This document shows positions 17,072-27,854 of a DNA stretch of 34,804 nucleotides, in pieces. Location: positions 1-34,804 of the forward strand of contig CAVAFS010000249.1 of assembly GCA_963587975.1 (NCBI GenBank), written 5' to 3'. This DNA comes from Bulleidia sp. GTDB taxonomy: Bacteria > Bacillota > Clostridia > Lachnospirales > Lachnospiraceae. The notes beneath the pieces were generated by a model. It was not told where the DNA came from, did not search any database, and saw only the letters and a list, made by a program, of their open reading frames with translations. Position numbers and translations under genes: made by a program. Position 1 is the stretch's first letter. Each line of letters starts with the position of its first letter.

Positions 17072-17118
17072 AAAAAATAACCCGTCAGATATTTTACTGA
17101 ATATCTAACGGGTTATTT
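17072..17118 (-). terminator. Intrinsic terminator of metK
   Basis: AAATAACCCGT...ACGGGTTATTT stem followed by a U-tract on the minus strand. Confidence 0.85.
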
Positions 17119-17137
17119 CTATGTAAAAGTATACGAA

Positions 17138-18319
17138 TTACAGATATTTCTTTAATACGTCAACTTTATCAGTTGCTTCCCAAGGAAGATCTACGTCTGT
17201 ACGTCCGAAGTGTCCGTAAGCAGCTGTTGCTTTGTAGATCGGTCTTCTTAAGTCAAGCATTTTGATGATTCCAGCCGGACGAAGGTCAAAGTTCTCACGA
17301 ACGATCTCAACCAGTTTCTCATCAGAGAGTTTGCCTGTTCCGAATGTATCTAACATGATAGATGTCGGCTGTGCTACACCGATTGCGTAAGAAAGCTGGA
17401 TCTCGCATTTGTCAGCCAGACCTGCTGCAACAATGTTCTTTGCAACGTAACGTGCTGCATATGCTGCAGAACGGTCTACTTTTGTGCAGTCTTTTCCGGA
17501 GAAAGCTCCGCCGCCGTGACGGGCCATTCCACCGTAAGTATCAACGATGATCTTACGTCCTGTCAGACCTGCATCACCGTGAGGTCCACCGATTACGAAA
17601 CGTCCTGTCGGGTTGATAAAGAATTTTGTCTCATCATCGATCAGCTCTGCCGGAAGTACCGGATCGAATACGTATTTTTTGATATCCTCATGGATCTGCT
17701 CCTGAGTAACATCCTCATCATGCTGTGTAGAAAGAACTACAGCCTCTAATCTCTTAGGAGCACCGTTCTCATCGTACTCTACGGAAACCTGAGTTTTTCC
17801 GTCTGGTCTTAAGTAGCTTAATGTGCCGTCTTTACGAACTTTTGTAAGCTGAAGAGCCATCTTGTGAGCAAGGGAGATTGGGTACGGCATTAATTCCGGT
17901 GTCTCGTTTGTAGCGTAACCGAACATCATACCCTGATCACCAGCACCTGTATCAAGATCATCTGTCAGAGCGCCCTCTTTTGCCTCAAGTGCTTTATCAA
18001 CACCCATAGCGATATCAGCGGACTGCTGATCCAGAGCAACCATAACTGCACATGTATTTCCATCGAAACCTGTCTTTGCGTCGTTGTAACCGATCTCGTT
18101 TACAGTCTGACGAACGATAGACGGGATATCAAGCTGTGCTTTTGTAGTGATCTCACCTGTTACTAATACGAAACCTGTACAAGCAGCTGTCTCGCATGCA
18201 ACACGGCTCATCGGATCCTGTGCCATGCAGGCATCCAGAATTGCATCAGATACGGCATCGCAGACTTTATCCGGATGTCCCTCTGTAACTGACTCAGAAG
18301 TAAATAATAATTTTTCCAT
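17138..18319 (-). CDS. metK: S-adenosylmethionine synthetase
   Basis: [51 protein letters not shown]. Confidence 0.99.
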   Translation of the reverse strand: MEKLLFTSESVTEGHPDKVCDAVSDAILDACMAQDPMSRVACETAACTGFVLVTGEITTKAQLDIPSIVRQTVNEIGYNDAKTGFDGNTCAVMVALDQQSADIAMGVDKALEAKEGALTDDLDTGAGDQGMMFGYATNETPELMPYPISLAHKMALQLTKVRKDGTLSYLRPDGKTQVSVEYDENGAPKRLEAVVLSTQHDEDVTQEQIHEDIKKYVFDPVLPAELIDDETKFFINPTGRFVIGGPHGDAGLTGRKIIVDTYGGMARHGGGAFSGKDCTKVDRSAAYAARYVAKNIVAAGLADKCEIQLSYAIGVAQPTSIMLDTFGTGKLSDEKLVEIVRENFDLRPAGIIKMLDLRRPIYKATAAYGHFGRTDVDLPWEATDKVDVLKKYL

Positions 18320-18408
18320 AATTATCCTCCGTTCTTTTCTCTCATTCTAATCTAATTTGAAACATGTGAACTCCCACCGTTCACTTTTATTGCAGTCATA
18401 CTTTATGT

Positions 18409-18437
18409 ATCATACATTCCGGGATAGGAAAAGTCAA
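18409..18437 (-). promoter_or_regulatory. Promoter of metK
   Basis: Minus strand TTGACT-N17-TATGAT. Confidence 0.75.
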
Positions 18438-18481
18438 CCAACAGATTTCCCCGAAAATGTTGAACAAATAACAAAAAATGC

Positions 18482-18515
18482 AAAAAATGCGGGCAGATTT
18501 ATTACTTCTGCCCGC
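18482..18515 (-). terminator. Intrinsic terminator of murA
   Basis: GCGGGCAGA/TCTGCCCGC stem then AUUUUUU on the minus strand. Confidence 0.85.
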
Positions 18516-18559
18516 TTCCTGTTAAAATTTTATCGATAGCTGTTCTAAGCCTGATTTCC

Positions 18560-19849
18560 CTAGAGTTTCAGTCTGAACTGCTGAATCTCTTTCTCAGAAC
18601 TTACCTTCTGCATCATGCCGCCGATACCTCTGAATTTTTCATCAAAAGCTTCGTATCCACGCTCGATGTAGTAGATATCATCCACGATCGTGATGCCGTC
18701 TGCTGCCAGTCCGGCGATAACCAGTGCCGCACCTGCACGAAGATCCGGTGCGCTGACTCTCGCTCCTGTGTAACGCTCCACGCCATTGATGATGGCAATA
18801 TTGCCTTCCACTTTAATATTCGCGCCCATCTTCTCAAGCTCATCTACATATTTGAAACGATTCTCAAAAATACTCTCTGTAATGGTACTTGTTCCTTCTG
18901 CAAGCGCAAGAACAACGCCCATCTGCGGCTGCATATCGGTCGGAAATCCCGGATACGGTAATGTAGTCACCTGTGTATGGCGTAACGGTTTGTTTGCAAT
19001 GACACGAACTGCATCGTCAAACTCCTGGATCTCGCATCCAACCTCGATCAGCTTTGCACTGGTGGCTTCCAGATGCTTCGGAATGACATTTTTTACAGTC
19101 ACATCACCATGCGTTGCAGCTGCCGCAAACATAAATGTACCTGCCTCGATCTGATCCGGAATAATGGAATACTCCGTCTTGTGCAGTTTTTCCACACCGG
19201 AAATACGGATCACATCCGTTCCGGCACCACGGATATTTGCTCCCATACGGTTTAAGAAGTTTGCCACGTCAACGACATGCGGCTCTTTCGCTGCATTCTC
19301 GATGGTAGTCTTGCCCTCTGCCATTGCGGCAGCCATCATAATATTGATGGTGGCTCCTACGGAAACCTTATCCATATAAATATGTGTACCACAAAGACGC
19401 TCTGCCTTTGCAGCTACCAGACCATGGTGAATGTCGATTTCTGCACCCATGGCACGGAAACCTTTCAAATGCAGATCGATCGGTCTGCTTCCGATGGCAC
19501 AGCCACCCGGTAATGCAACCTCTGCATCTTTGTATTTTCCAAGTAAAGCTCCTAACAGATAGTAGGATGCACGTATTTTTCTGATGTACTCATTATCCAC
19601 GCTTGTTTCGTGAATGGTTGAGCCATTGATCTTGACCGTGTGAACGTCTAAACGCTCAACTGTTGCACCAATGTTTTCAATGGCCTGAAGCATAACATTG
19701 ATATCACGGACATTTGGTAAATTATCTATCGTAACGGTCTCATCCGTCATAACTGCCGCAGCAAGAATAGCCAGCGCTGCATTTTTTGCGCCGCCGATCT
19801 CTACTTCACCGACTAACGGACTCCCACCTTTAATTACATATTGATCCAT
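18560..19849 (-). CDS. murA: UDP-N-acetylglucosamine 1-carboxyvinyltransferase (murAB/murZ-like paralogue likely)
   Basis: GAKNAAL, IRASYY, LPGGCAIGSRPIDLH (catalytic Cys present), YPGFPTDMQ, APDLRAGAAL. Confidence 0.97.
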   Translation of the reverse strand: MDQYVIKGGSPLVGEVEIGGAKNAALAILAAAVMTDETVTIDNLPNVRDINVMLQAIENIGATVERLDVHTVKINGSTIHETSVDNEYIRKIRASYYLLGALLGKYKDAEVALPGGCAIGSRPIDLHLKGFRAMGAEIDIHHGLVAAKAERLCGTHIYMDKVSVGATINIMMAAAMAEGKTTIENAAKEPHVVDVANFLNRMGANIRGAGTDVIRISGVEKLHKTEYSIIPDQIEAGTFMFAAAATHGDVTVKNVIPKHLEATSAKLIEVGCEIQEFDDAVRVIANKPLRHTQVTTLPYPGFPTDMQPQMGVVLALAEGTSTITESIFENRFKYVDELEKMGANIKVEGNIAIINGVERYTGARVSAPDLRAGAALVIAGLAADGITIVDDIYYIERGYEAFDEKFRGIGGMMQKVSSEKEIQQFRLKL

Positions 19850-19883
19850 CTCGCACCTCTATGTTCCTATATTTAAACACGCT

Positions 19884-19913
19884 ATTATAACTATATCTCA
19901 AAAAATTTGTCAA
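19884..19913 (-). promoter_or_regulatory. Consensus promoter of murA
   Basis: TTGACA-N18-TATAAT; a second extended -10 TG-C-TATAAT at 19978-19986. Confidence 0.75.
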
Positions 19914-20022
19914 GAATATTTTTCAACTTAAAACTTTTTATCTCAAAATTTTTAATCTGATCTGTAAAGTTCCTTTTATTATAGCATACCCTTCGCATAT
20001 AGAAAAGAAACTTTGCTTTATA

Positions 20023-20556
20023 TTATTCAGATTTTGCCTTTTCGGTTCCATCAAATGCTTTTAATGCCTGCAGAACCGCCTTCAATGTCTGATCCACATT
20101 CAGTTTATACTGATCAACGGTCACATCTGCATATTTTTCATACAGAACTGTGCGCTCTTTGTACAAGTCAGCCAGCGTCTGTCCCGGTTTCAACACAACG
20201 CCCCGGCCTTTCAGATTGTGCAGGCGGCGCTCCAGCGGTCTCAGGTTCTGCTTCAGATATACCACGGTTCCAATGGAACGCAGATGCTCCATTGCTTCTT
20301 TTCCATATACAACGCTTCCACCGGTGGCAATGACACTGCGGTGGGTATCGATCTGGCTGTTTACACGGTTCTCTACTTCGATAAAACCGTCTGTGCCTCT
20401 CTCGTCAATGATCTCATGCAGTAATTTTCCTTCTGCCTTCTGAATCAGCAGATCTGCATCCACAAATTCGTATCCTAATACTTTTGCCAAAACTACGCCG
20501 ACGGTACTTTTACCAACACCCGGCATTCCAATCAACACTATGTTCTCTTTTTTCAT
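20023..20556 (-). CDS. aroK: Shikimate kinase family protein
   Basis: NIVLIGMPGVGKSTVG P-loop, FVDAD, VIATGGSVV, ERTVLYEKYAD; some substrate-contact residues deviate (see findings). Confidence 0.8.
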   Translation of the reverse strand: MKKENIVLIGMPGVGKSTVGVVLAKVLGYEFVDADLLIQKAEGKLLHEIIDERGTDGFIEVENRVNSQIDTHRSVIATGGSVVYGKEAMEHLRSIGTVVYLKQNLRPLERRLHNLKGRGVVLKPGQTLADLYKERTVLYEKYADVTVDQYKLNVDQTLKAVLQALKAFDGTEKAKSE

Positions 20557-20595
20557 CTCTCAACTAATCCTATGACCTTTATTCTGGCGGGAAAC

Positions 20596-20619
20596 AAAGC
20601 GGACCTCATCGTCCGCTTT
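20596..20619. terminator. Hairpin downstream of the PrsA-like gene
   Basis: AAAGCGGAC-N6-GTCCGCTTT 9-bp stem; weak U-tract. Confidence 0.55.
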
Positions 20620-20658
20620 TCCCTTTTATCTCATTTAAAATTCAAAAATGCCTCAGTC

Positions 20659-21729
20659 TTATTCTGCTGCTGCACTGCCGTCGCTGCTGTCTGAGGTGGA
20701 CGGTGCTGTAAATAAATTATCGAATTTTACTTTTGCCCACTCTTTGTCATCCACGTTGATGGTAACAGCATCTTTGTAACCAGCTGTCACAGTCTGGTAA
20801 ACCTCATCCTGACGGTCACTGATAATGCTCTCTTTCTTCTTTGCAGTAGCATCTTCATCATACTCGCTGTCCAGGCGGATAATATAGTAGCAGTCTGTGC
20901 CCTCGATCAGACCGGACACATCACCGGCTTTCATCTCATTTGCTGCAGAGATAACTGCATCACAGAAGCCACCATCGGACTCGCTCTTCTCATCACTGCC
21001 GTAAGAATAAGTCTGAACGGTATAACCGTATTCTGACGCGGTACCGTCAAAGTCTGTCTTTGCTTTCTCTGCCGCATCGTTTGCGTCTTTCTTTACAACG
21101 GTTACCTGATCAGCAGTGTAAGTCTGCTGATTACCACTGTCATCGGTATAAGTCGTCAGACTGATTTTCACATAACTGAAGGTTTTCTGTGCAGCTTCTT
21201 CATCGGATACGTTTGTATCTGCAGTTGCACGGATCGCTTTACGCATTCTGTTCTCTACAGTCTGGAGATACAGATAACGCTCTACGTACTCCTGTGTAGC
21301 ACCAACTTCTTTGATCGCTACCTTGGAATTATCAGACATAAACTGCTCGGCTGCTTTCTTGATAGCTGCCTGATCCTCGTCCGTGATCTCCACACCGTAA
21401 TCTGCCATATGCTGTTCTAACAGACACTGTGTCTCGATCTCTTCCAGCACATTTTCCTTTACGGATTCCTGCATATTTTTTCCATCCTGTGCATAGGAAT
21501 CGTTGGTCCAGTAGTCCTCACCATAATATGCCACAAAAATATTGTCATAATTTGCCTGCTGAATACGTGCCGCAAAGTTTGCATATCCCATGCTCACCTC
21601 AATCGGATCTGCGGAATCACTTTCCATTGTGATCACATTGGCCTCTTTCTTGATTCCACATCCCCCCAGTGTCATAGAACCGATCATCGCACTCATTAAA
21701 ATAATTGCTGCAAATTTTTTAAACTTCAT
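20659..21729 (-). CDS. PrsA/SurA-like foldase lipoprotein with a degenerate parvulin domain
   Basis: Lipobox LGGC; SurA-N-like helical region; C-terminal AANEMKAGDVSGLIE..CYYIIRL; position downstream of mfd as in clostridia; start at 21729 (RBS GGAGG). Confidence 0.8.
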   Translation of the reverse strand: MKFKKFAAIILMSAMIGSMTLGGCGIKKEANVITMESDSADPIEVSMGYANFAARIQQANYDNIFVAYYGEDYWTNDSYAQDGKNMQESVKENVLEEIETQCLLEQHMADYGVEITDEDQAAIKKAAEQFMSDNSKVAIKEVGATQEYVERYLYLQTVENRMRKAIRATADTNVSDEEAAQKTFSYVKISLTTYTDDSGNQQTYTADQVTVVKKDANDAAEKAKTDFDGTASEYGYTVQTYSYGSDEKSESDGGFCDAVISAANEMKAGDVSGLIEGTDCYYIIRLDSEYDEDATAKKKESIISDRQDEVYQTVTAGYKDAVTINVDDKEWAKVKFDNLFTAPSTSDSSDGSAAAE

Positions 21730-21845
21730 GGTTGCCTCCATCTATCATCATCCGTGTATGCAAAAAAGCAAACTACACGGACTGTAGCTTTCTTATATAA
21801 ATTTCTTATTCACCGCTTACAAAGTCGGGAGAAATCTCACATCTG

Positions 21846-21874
21846 AGTATACCGTAGTTTTACAGGCTCTGCAA
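21846..21874 (-). promoter_or_regulatory. Promoter of the PrsA-like gene
   Basis: Minus strand TTGCAG-N17-TATACT. Confidence 0.7.
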
Positions 21875-21914
21875 GTCCGTTTTACACCGGAAACCTGTGA
21901 ATTTCGCTTATTTC

Positions 21915-24900
21915 TCAGCTTTCCAGCAGCATCTCCCGGCAATCATCCAGTACGGTCCGGATCACAGTCAACGTATCCGGGCTGTTTTTCTGCTTCCGAT
22001 AATACAGACACGGTTCCTTTTTGTCCGGGATAAACGACAGGAGTGGTTTATTTTTATCCAACAGTAGTGGAAGATTTGCAACATTAAGCTTTGCACGTTC
22101 AAACATACGGAAGGTAATGCCTGCCGCATCTTCCTTGATTTCCACCAGGTAAACCTGATGCGCATCCGCTTTGATCTGCGCCACGGTCAGAAGATTCTGT
22201 ACCGGACGGGACGGCTCGCCAAAACGGTCGATCAGCTCATCCAGCATCTCGTCCTTCTCTTCCTCATTTTCAATGGCCGCAATCCGTTTATAAATATCCA
22301 GTTTCTGGTACTCGTTGGCAATGTAGCTGTTTGGAATGTAGGCATCCAGCTCGATGTCGATGGATGTCTCAAAGGATTCCTCCACCACTTCCCCTTTCGC
22401 ACTCTTTACCGCTTCATTCAGCATTTTACAGTACAGATCATAACCAACGGCTTCCATGTGTCCGTGCTGCTGCTCCCCCAGCAGGTTTCCGGCTCCACGG
22501 ATCTCCAGATCTTTCATGGCGATCTTGAATCCACTTCCCAGATCCGAAAACTCCCGGATCGCGGACAGACGTTTCTCCGCCACTTCCTTCAGCATTTTGT
22601 TTCTGCGGTACATTAAAAATGCATACGCCGTCCGATTGGAACGACCGATACGTCCACGCAGCTGATACAGCTGGGAAAGTCCCAGATTGTCCGCATCATG
22701 AATGATCATGGTATTGACGTTTCCGATATCCAGTCCTGTCTCAATAATAGTTGTGGATACAAGCACGTCCACATCCCCATTGATAAAGCCGTACATAACG
22801 CGCTCCAGCTCCCGCTCACTCATCTGTCCATGGGCGTAAGCCACTTCCGCATCCGGCACAAGTTCCGAAATCTTTGCCGCCACCTCTGCGATCTGGTTGA
22901 CACGATTGTATACATAATAAACCTGACCATCCCTTGCCATCTCTCGCTCGATGGCTTCGCGGATCATTTCCTCATCGTATTCCATAACGTATGTCTGAAT
23001 CGGCATACGGTCATGCGGCGGTTCTTCCAGCACACTCATATCACGGATTCCGATCAGGCTCATGTGCAGGGTTCGCGGGATCGGTGTGGCCGTCAGTGTC
23101 AGCACATCCACATCCTTTTTCATCTGCTTGATTTTTTCTTTATGAGTTACACCAAAACGCTGCTCCTCATCAATGATCAGAAGTCCCAGGTCTTTGCATT
23201 CCACATCTTTGGAAAGTACCCGGTGCGTACCGATCACGATATCCACCAGACCTTTTTTCAGCCCCTCAATGGCCTGCTTCTGCTGTTTCGGTGTACGGAA
23301 CCGGCAAAGCAGCTCCACATTCACCGGAAATTCTTTCATACGCTGCGCAAAGGTATTGTAATGCTGCTGCGCCAGAATCGTCGTCGGGACGAGGTAAATG
23401 ACCTGTTTTCCTTCCTGTACTGCTTTGAATGCCGCACGGATAGCCACTTCCGTCTTTCCAAATCCAACGTCTCCGCAGATCAGACGATCCATGATCTTTT
23501 TGCTCTGCATGTCCGCCTTGGTGGCTTCAATGGCCAGACGCTGATCCTCGGTCTCATCATATGGAAACATCTCTTCAAATTCCCGCTGCCATACCGTATC
23601 CGGTCCGTACTCAAAACCTTCTTTGCTCTGGCGCACCGCATAAAGCTCCACCAGTTCCTGGGCCACTTCCCTCACGGCTTTCTGTACCCGGTGACGGGTC
23701 TTCGTCCATTCCTGGCCGCCAAGCCGGTTCAGTTTCGGTTTTTTCGCATCGGAACCGGCATATTTCTGGATCAGCTCCAGCTGAGTGGCAAGCACATACA
23801 GATTGCCGCCTTTGTCGTACTCGATCTTCATGTAATCCCGCATGTTCTTGTCGACTTCAATCTTCTCGATGCCTCGAAAAATACCCAGGCCATGGTTCTC
23901 ATGCACCACGTAGTCTCCCGGTTTCAATTCGGAAAAACTCTGGATCCGCTCGCCCTCATAAATTTTCTTCTTTTTCCGTTTTTTCTTTTCTGCGCCGAAA
24001 ATATCCGTCTCCGTCAACACGACAAACTTAATGTCCGGATATTCAAATCCACGTTTCAACTTGCCATACAGCACAAGCACCTCGCCTGGCTGTACCTGCC
24101 GGTCGGTATCCTCCGTAAAAAATGCATTCAGTTCTTCCTGCCGCAGATCATCCGCCATACGCTCCGCACGAGTGCGGGAACTGCAAAGCAGGATCACCCG
24201 GTACTGACGCTTTTTATAATTATGAAGATCTTTGGACAGCAGTTCAAAACTGCTGTTGTATGCGTTTACGGAATGCACCTGCACGAAAAAGCTCTGAGAC
24301 GGTGTCAGTCCATCCGCCCGCAGTTCCATGGCAGAGATCAGAATACATCCCATCCGCTGCATCTCGGCCGTCACTGCCTCATGGGGATACAAAATATCCG
24401 CCTGCCCCGGCAGGATATATCCTTTTTCCAGTCGCTGCTGCATGCTGTCGGAGAATTCCTTTTCCACTGCTCCTGCTTTTTCCAGACAACGGGCCGGTTC
24501 ATCCACAAAGATCAGCAGCTTCTGTTCCTTCCGATCCGCGCAGCGGTCCGCAAACTCCAGAAAGCTCACCGTATCCTCGTAAAAATACGTCAGATAGCTT
24601 TCTGCCGCACGGACGCTGCCAAACTCTTCCACCTGCTCCCGCACAAGCTCCACCGCCTCTTCCAGCCGGTGAGACTCCTCCGTCCGCATGTCCTTTCGGT
24701 ATTGCTTCGCAATCCGCTCTCCCTCTTCCTGAATCCGTTTCATTCCGGCTTCCTGCTGATTTTTTGTCAAAATTAGCTCCGCCGCCGGATAAATCGTGAC
24801 TTCATCCAGAGAATCTACCGACCGCTGGCTGTCGGGATCAAAGGTGCGGATCGAGTCGATCTCGTCACCCCACAATTCAATACGGTAAGGTAATTCCTCC

Positions 24901-25451
24901 GTCAGCGCGTAGATATCCACAATGCCGCCACGCACCGCAAACTGTCCCGGCGCATCCACCTGATACACGCTCTCGTAGCCCATTCCAACCAGATGCTGTC
25001 GCAGTTTTTCCAGATCTATCGTATCCTCACTTTTCAGTTTCAATAAAAAACCCCGGAACACTTCCGGGCGGACCAGACGGTCCATCAGCGCATCAAAGGT
25101 TGTGATGATCGCCGCGTCTTCCTCTTCCACCAGCGTCCGATAGGCGCGGATGCGCTCCTGGGTCAGGGCGTTTCCACGGATATCCGACTGATAAAACAGA
25201 ATATCTTTTGCCGGAAAATATACCGCTTTCCGATCAAAATAACGATAAGCCTCCAGCAGTTCCCTTGCCTTCTGTTCATTAAAAGTAACAATAACACGAA
25301 GTCCTTTTCCATTGTTGATGCCGTACATCATATGCGGCTTCTGGGCGTCCGTACAGCCGGTGGCGGAGACCACGGTTCCGCTTTTCTTTGCATAGCGCTC
25401 CAGTTCTTCAAAGCTGTTCAGTTCATGTAACGGACATGCAAAAGCATCCAT
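21915..25451 (-). CDS. mfd: Transcription-repair coupling factor
   Basis: [71 protein letters not shown]; start at 25451 (RBS AAGGAG). Confidence 0.99.
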   Translation of the reverse strand: MDAFACPLHELNSFEELERYAKKSGTVVSATGCTDAQKPHMMYGINNGKGLRVIVTFNEQKARELLEAYRYFDRKAVYFPAKDILFYQSDIRGNALTQERIRAYRTLVEEEDAAIITTFDALMDRLVRPEVFRGFLLKLKSEDTIDLEKLRQHLVGMGYESVYQVDAPGQFAVRGGIVDIYALTEELPYRIELWGDEIDSIRTFDPDSQRSVDSLDEVTIYPAAELILTKNQQEAGMKRIQEEGERIAKQYRKDMRTEESHRLEEAVELVREQVEEFGSVRAAESYLTYFYEDTVSFLEFADRCADRKEQKLLIFVDEPARCLEKAGAVEKEFSDSMQQRLEKGYILPGQADILYPHEAVTAEMQRMGCILISAMELRADGLTPSQSFFVQVHSVNAYNSSFELLSKDLHNYKKRQYRVILLCSSRTRAERMADDLRQEELNAFFTEDTDRQVQPGEVLVLYGKLKRGFEYPDIKFVVLTETDIFGAEKKKRKKKKIYEGERIQSFSELKPGDYVVHENHGLGIFRGIEKIEVDKNMRDYMKIEYDKGGNLYVLATQLELIQKYAGSDAKKPKLNRLGGQEWTKTRHRVQKAVREVAQELVELYAVRQSKEGFEYGPDTVWQREFEEMFPYDETEDQRLAIEATKADMQSKKIMDRLICGDVGFGKTEVAIRAAFKAVQEGKQVIYLVPTTILAQQHYNTFAQRMKEFPVNVELLCRFRTPKQQKQAIEGLKKGLVDIVIGTHRVLSKDVECKDLGLLIIDEEQRFGVTHKEKIKQMKKDVDVLTLTATPIPRTLHMSLIGIRDMSVLEEPPHDRMPIQTYVMEYDEEMIREAIEREMARDGQVYYVYNRVNQIAEVAAKISELVPDAEVAYAHGQMSERELERVMYGFINGDVDVLVSTTIIETGLDIGNVNTMIIHDADNLGLSQLYQLRGRIGRSNRTAYAFLMYRRNKMLKEVAEKRLSAIREFSDLGSGFKIAMKDLEIRGAGNLLGEQQHGHMEAVGYDLYCKMLNEAVKSAKGEVVEESFETSIDIELDAYIPNSYIANEYQKLDIYKRIAAIENEEEKDEMLDELIDRFGEPSRPVQNLLTVAQIKADAHQVYLVEIKEDAAGITFRMFERAKLNVANLPLLLDKNKPLLSFIPDKKEPCLYYRKQKNSPDTLTVIRTVLDDCREMLLES

Positions 25452-25560
25452 GTCATCACTCCTTCCAATTTTCTGTATCAATCTATTTCCTGTTCACAGC
25501 ATTTATCTCGATCTACATAAAACTTCTATTTCTTTCCAACTTCAAATACAATCGAACACA

Positions 25561-26133
25561 TCAGACTTTCTTCCGGTTATACTGATTCATCGCCTCATCG
25601 GTTCTGTCCTGAACCATCAGGCTCACGGCATCCACCGCATCTTTTACAGCGCCCTCAAATTTTTCCCGGTCTTCCGGTAAAAATCTGCCGAGCACATGAT
25701 CCGCCAGATCCCAGCCCGCCGGCTTCTCGCCCACACCGACTTTGACCCGTTCAAACTGATCCGTTCCGGTTTTCGCAATGATATCCTTGATGCCATTATG
25801 TCCACCTGCGCTGCCTTTCTTGCGGATACGCAGATTTCCCGGTGCCAGACTGATATCGTCAAATACAACGATCAGTTCTTCTGTCGGATCCAGTTTATAA
25901 AAGTTCACCAGGGCACTGACACTGTCACCACTTAAGTTCATATAGGTCTGTGGTTTCACAAGCATCACTTTCTGTCCCTCGATATATCCCGTTCCGCAGA
26001 ACGCATTTCCTTTCCGTAGATTCATCTCAATTCCATATTTATCAGCGATCGCGTCAATGACATCAAACCCTGCGTTGTGGCGGGTTTTTTCATATTTTGC
26101 GGTCGGGTTTCCAAGTCCTACGATCAAAAACAT
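25561..26133 (-). CDS. pth: Peptidyl-tRNA hydrolase
   Basis: LIVGLGNP, TRHNAGF, KPQTYMNLSG, GSAGGHNG; start at 26133 (RBS GGAGG). Confidence 0.98.
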   Translation of the reverse strand: MFLIVGLGNPTAKYEKTRHNAGFDVIDAIADKYGIEMNLRKGNAFCGTGYIEGQKVMLVKPQTYMNLSGDSVSALVNFYKLDPTEELIVVFDDISLAPGNLRIRKKGSAGGHNGIKDIIAKTGTDQFERVKVGVGEKPAGWDLADHVLGRFLPEDREKFEGAVKDAVDAVSLMVQDRTDEAMNQYNRKKV

Positions 26134-26297
26134 CGTTATCGTTCCTCCTGTAATCATAATATACTTTCTCACATATAAAATCAGAAAGCTTCTTTTTCCT
26201 CTATATTATCTCAACAGCTTAAATAAAACCCGGAAAATTCTTTACACTCATTCGAATTTCCTGATTTAACATGAATTTGCTCTGATTTTCCCCGATT

Positions 26298-26336
26298 AAA
26301 AAAGGAGCCTCCTGCAATGCAGGATTCTCCTTTTTT
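26298..26336 (-). terminator. Intrinsic terminator after spoVG
   Basis: AAAAAAGGAG..TCCTGC-AAT-GCAGGA..CTCCTTTTTT. Confidence 0.85.
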
Positions 26337-26366
26337 GTGCAGTTGTGGATAGTATACCACAATTAT

Positions 26367-26630
26367 TTATGCTTCTGCAATTTCTTCACGATATTTTTGC
26401 ATGATCAGTTCCTGAATCTGCTTTCTCGTATCGGAATTGATCGGGTGTGCTACATCTCTGTATTCCCCTTCTGCGTTCTTCCGGCTTGGCATCGCAATGA
26501 ATTCGCCCTTCTCTCCTTCAATGATCTTGATGTCATGCACGGCAAATTCATTATCAATCGTAATCGATACAACAGCCTTCATTTTTCCTTCTTTGTCAAT
26601 TTTTCGAATTCTCACATCTGTAATATTCAT
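26367..26630 (-). CDS. spoVG: Septation regulator SpoVG
   Basis: [50 protein letters not shown]; start at 26630. Confidence 0.97.
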   Translation of the reverse strand: MNITDVRIRKIDKEGKMKAVVSITIDNEFAVHDIKIIEGEKGEFIAMPSRKNAEGEYRDVAHPINSDTRKQIQELIMQKYREEIAEA

Positions 26631-26735
26631 ACTCTTTTCTTCCCCTGTGTTTCTTACTTTCTTCACAGCAGGTCGGTTCGTATGCTAAGCTGTCACATCA
26701 ATGTCGGTCCTTTCCGTTCTGCTATCTATGGCGTA

Positions 26736-27854
26736 TTACATGATGTAACGCTCATTGTGTCCTCGCACAATTTTTACCTCATCTTCGCCGCATAAGTATG
26801 TATTTGCGCAAATCGTATCACGGCTCTCCACGATACAATTTTCAATATGCGTATTATCACCGATGTAAACATCATTCAAAATAATTGAATTTTTAATTAC
26901 GCAGTTCTTTCCAACAAATACCTGTTTGAACAGTACAGAATTCTCTACTGTTCCATTTATAATACATCCGCTCGCAATCAGGCTGTTGCGGACTTCTGCT
27001 CCCACGTTATATTTTGCCGGAGCAAGGTCATCCACCTTGGAATATACATACGGTTCCTGGTGGAAGAAATGATTTCGGATCTCCGGTTTCAGGAAATCCA
27101 TATTGGTCTGATAATAAGACTCTACACTGGCGATATTACTCCAGTAGTTGTCCAGTTTGTATCCATAAATCTGTTTGAGATTTTTATAACGGATCAGGAT
27201 ATCGGTTACAAAATCAAACCGATGCTCTTCCATGCTCTTCTCCAGCATCTCAATGAGCTGTCTTCTGCGCAGTACATAGATACCGGTAGAGATCGTATGG
27301 GACTGTGCTACCATCGGTTTCTCCTCGAAATCAACGATTCTGGATTCCTCATTCATCTGTACCACACCGAAACGGCTGACATCCTCTGTCGCCGGAACAT
27401 CCTTGCACACGATGGTAATATCTGCTTTTTTCTGGATATGATAATCAAGTACTTTATTATAATCCAGTTTGTATACACAATCGCCGCCGGCCACGATGAC
27501 ATACGGCTCATGGCTTCGTTTCAGGAAGTCAATATTCTGAGCCAGGGCATCTGCAGTTCCACGATACCAGTTACCGTTATCCGCTGTAATGGTAGGTGTA
27601 AAGATATAAAGTCCACCCTGTTTTCTTCCGAAATCCCACCATTTTGAGGAATTCAGATGTTCATTTAAGGAGCGGGAATTGTACTGTGTCAGTACTGCCA
27701 CACGCTGAATGTGTGAATTGCTCATATTGCTCAGAGCAAAGTCGATGGCACGGTATCCGCCGCCGATCGGCATAGCCGCAATGGCCCGCTTATCGGAAAG
27801 CTCTCTCATTCTGTAATTATTACCACCTGCTAAAATAATACCTAATGCTTTCAT
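26736..27854 (-). CDS. glgD: Glucose-1-phosphate adenylyltransferase regulatory subunit GlgD
   Basis: GlgC-like fold with degenerate motifs (AGGNNYRM, RAIAAMPIGGGYRAIDFALSNM, SGCIINGTVENSVL); TAATG coupling with glgC. Confidence 0.93.
   Translation of the reverse strand: MKALGIILAGGNNYRMRELSDKRAIAAMPIGGGYRAIDFALSNMSNSHIQRVAVLTQYNSRSLNEHLNSSKWWDFGRKQGGLYIFTPTITADNGNWYRGTADALAQNIDFLKRSHEPYVIVAGGDCVYKLDYNKVLDYHIQKKADITIVCKDVPATEDVSRFGVVQMNEESRIVDFEEKPMVAQSHTISTGIYVLRRRQLIEMLEKSMEEHRFDFVTDILIRYKNLKQIYGYKLDNYWSNIASVESYYQTNMDFLKPEIRNHFFHQEPYVYSKVDDLAPAKYNVGAEVRNSLIASGCIINGTVENSVLFKQVFVGKNCVIKNSIILNDVYIGDNTHIENCIVESRDTICANTYLCGEDEVKIVRGHNERYIM

Noticed and set aside
18560..19849. Fosfomycin-resistant MurA variant
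   Set aside because: The catalytic Cys is retained in GGCAIG.
22698..24776. 692-aa + strand ORF
   Set aside because: Antisense shadow of mfd with no recognisable motifs; such ORFs are explained by codon bias. The same applies to other antisense ORFs such as 4045-4800, 12283-12936 and 32383-33174.
26343..26362. TTGTGG-N8-CCACAA with a DnaA-box-like half after spoVG
   Set aside because: Only one near-match box; more simply an mRNA hairpin before the terminator.
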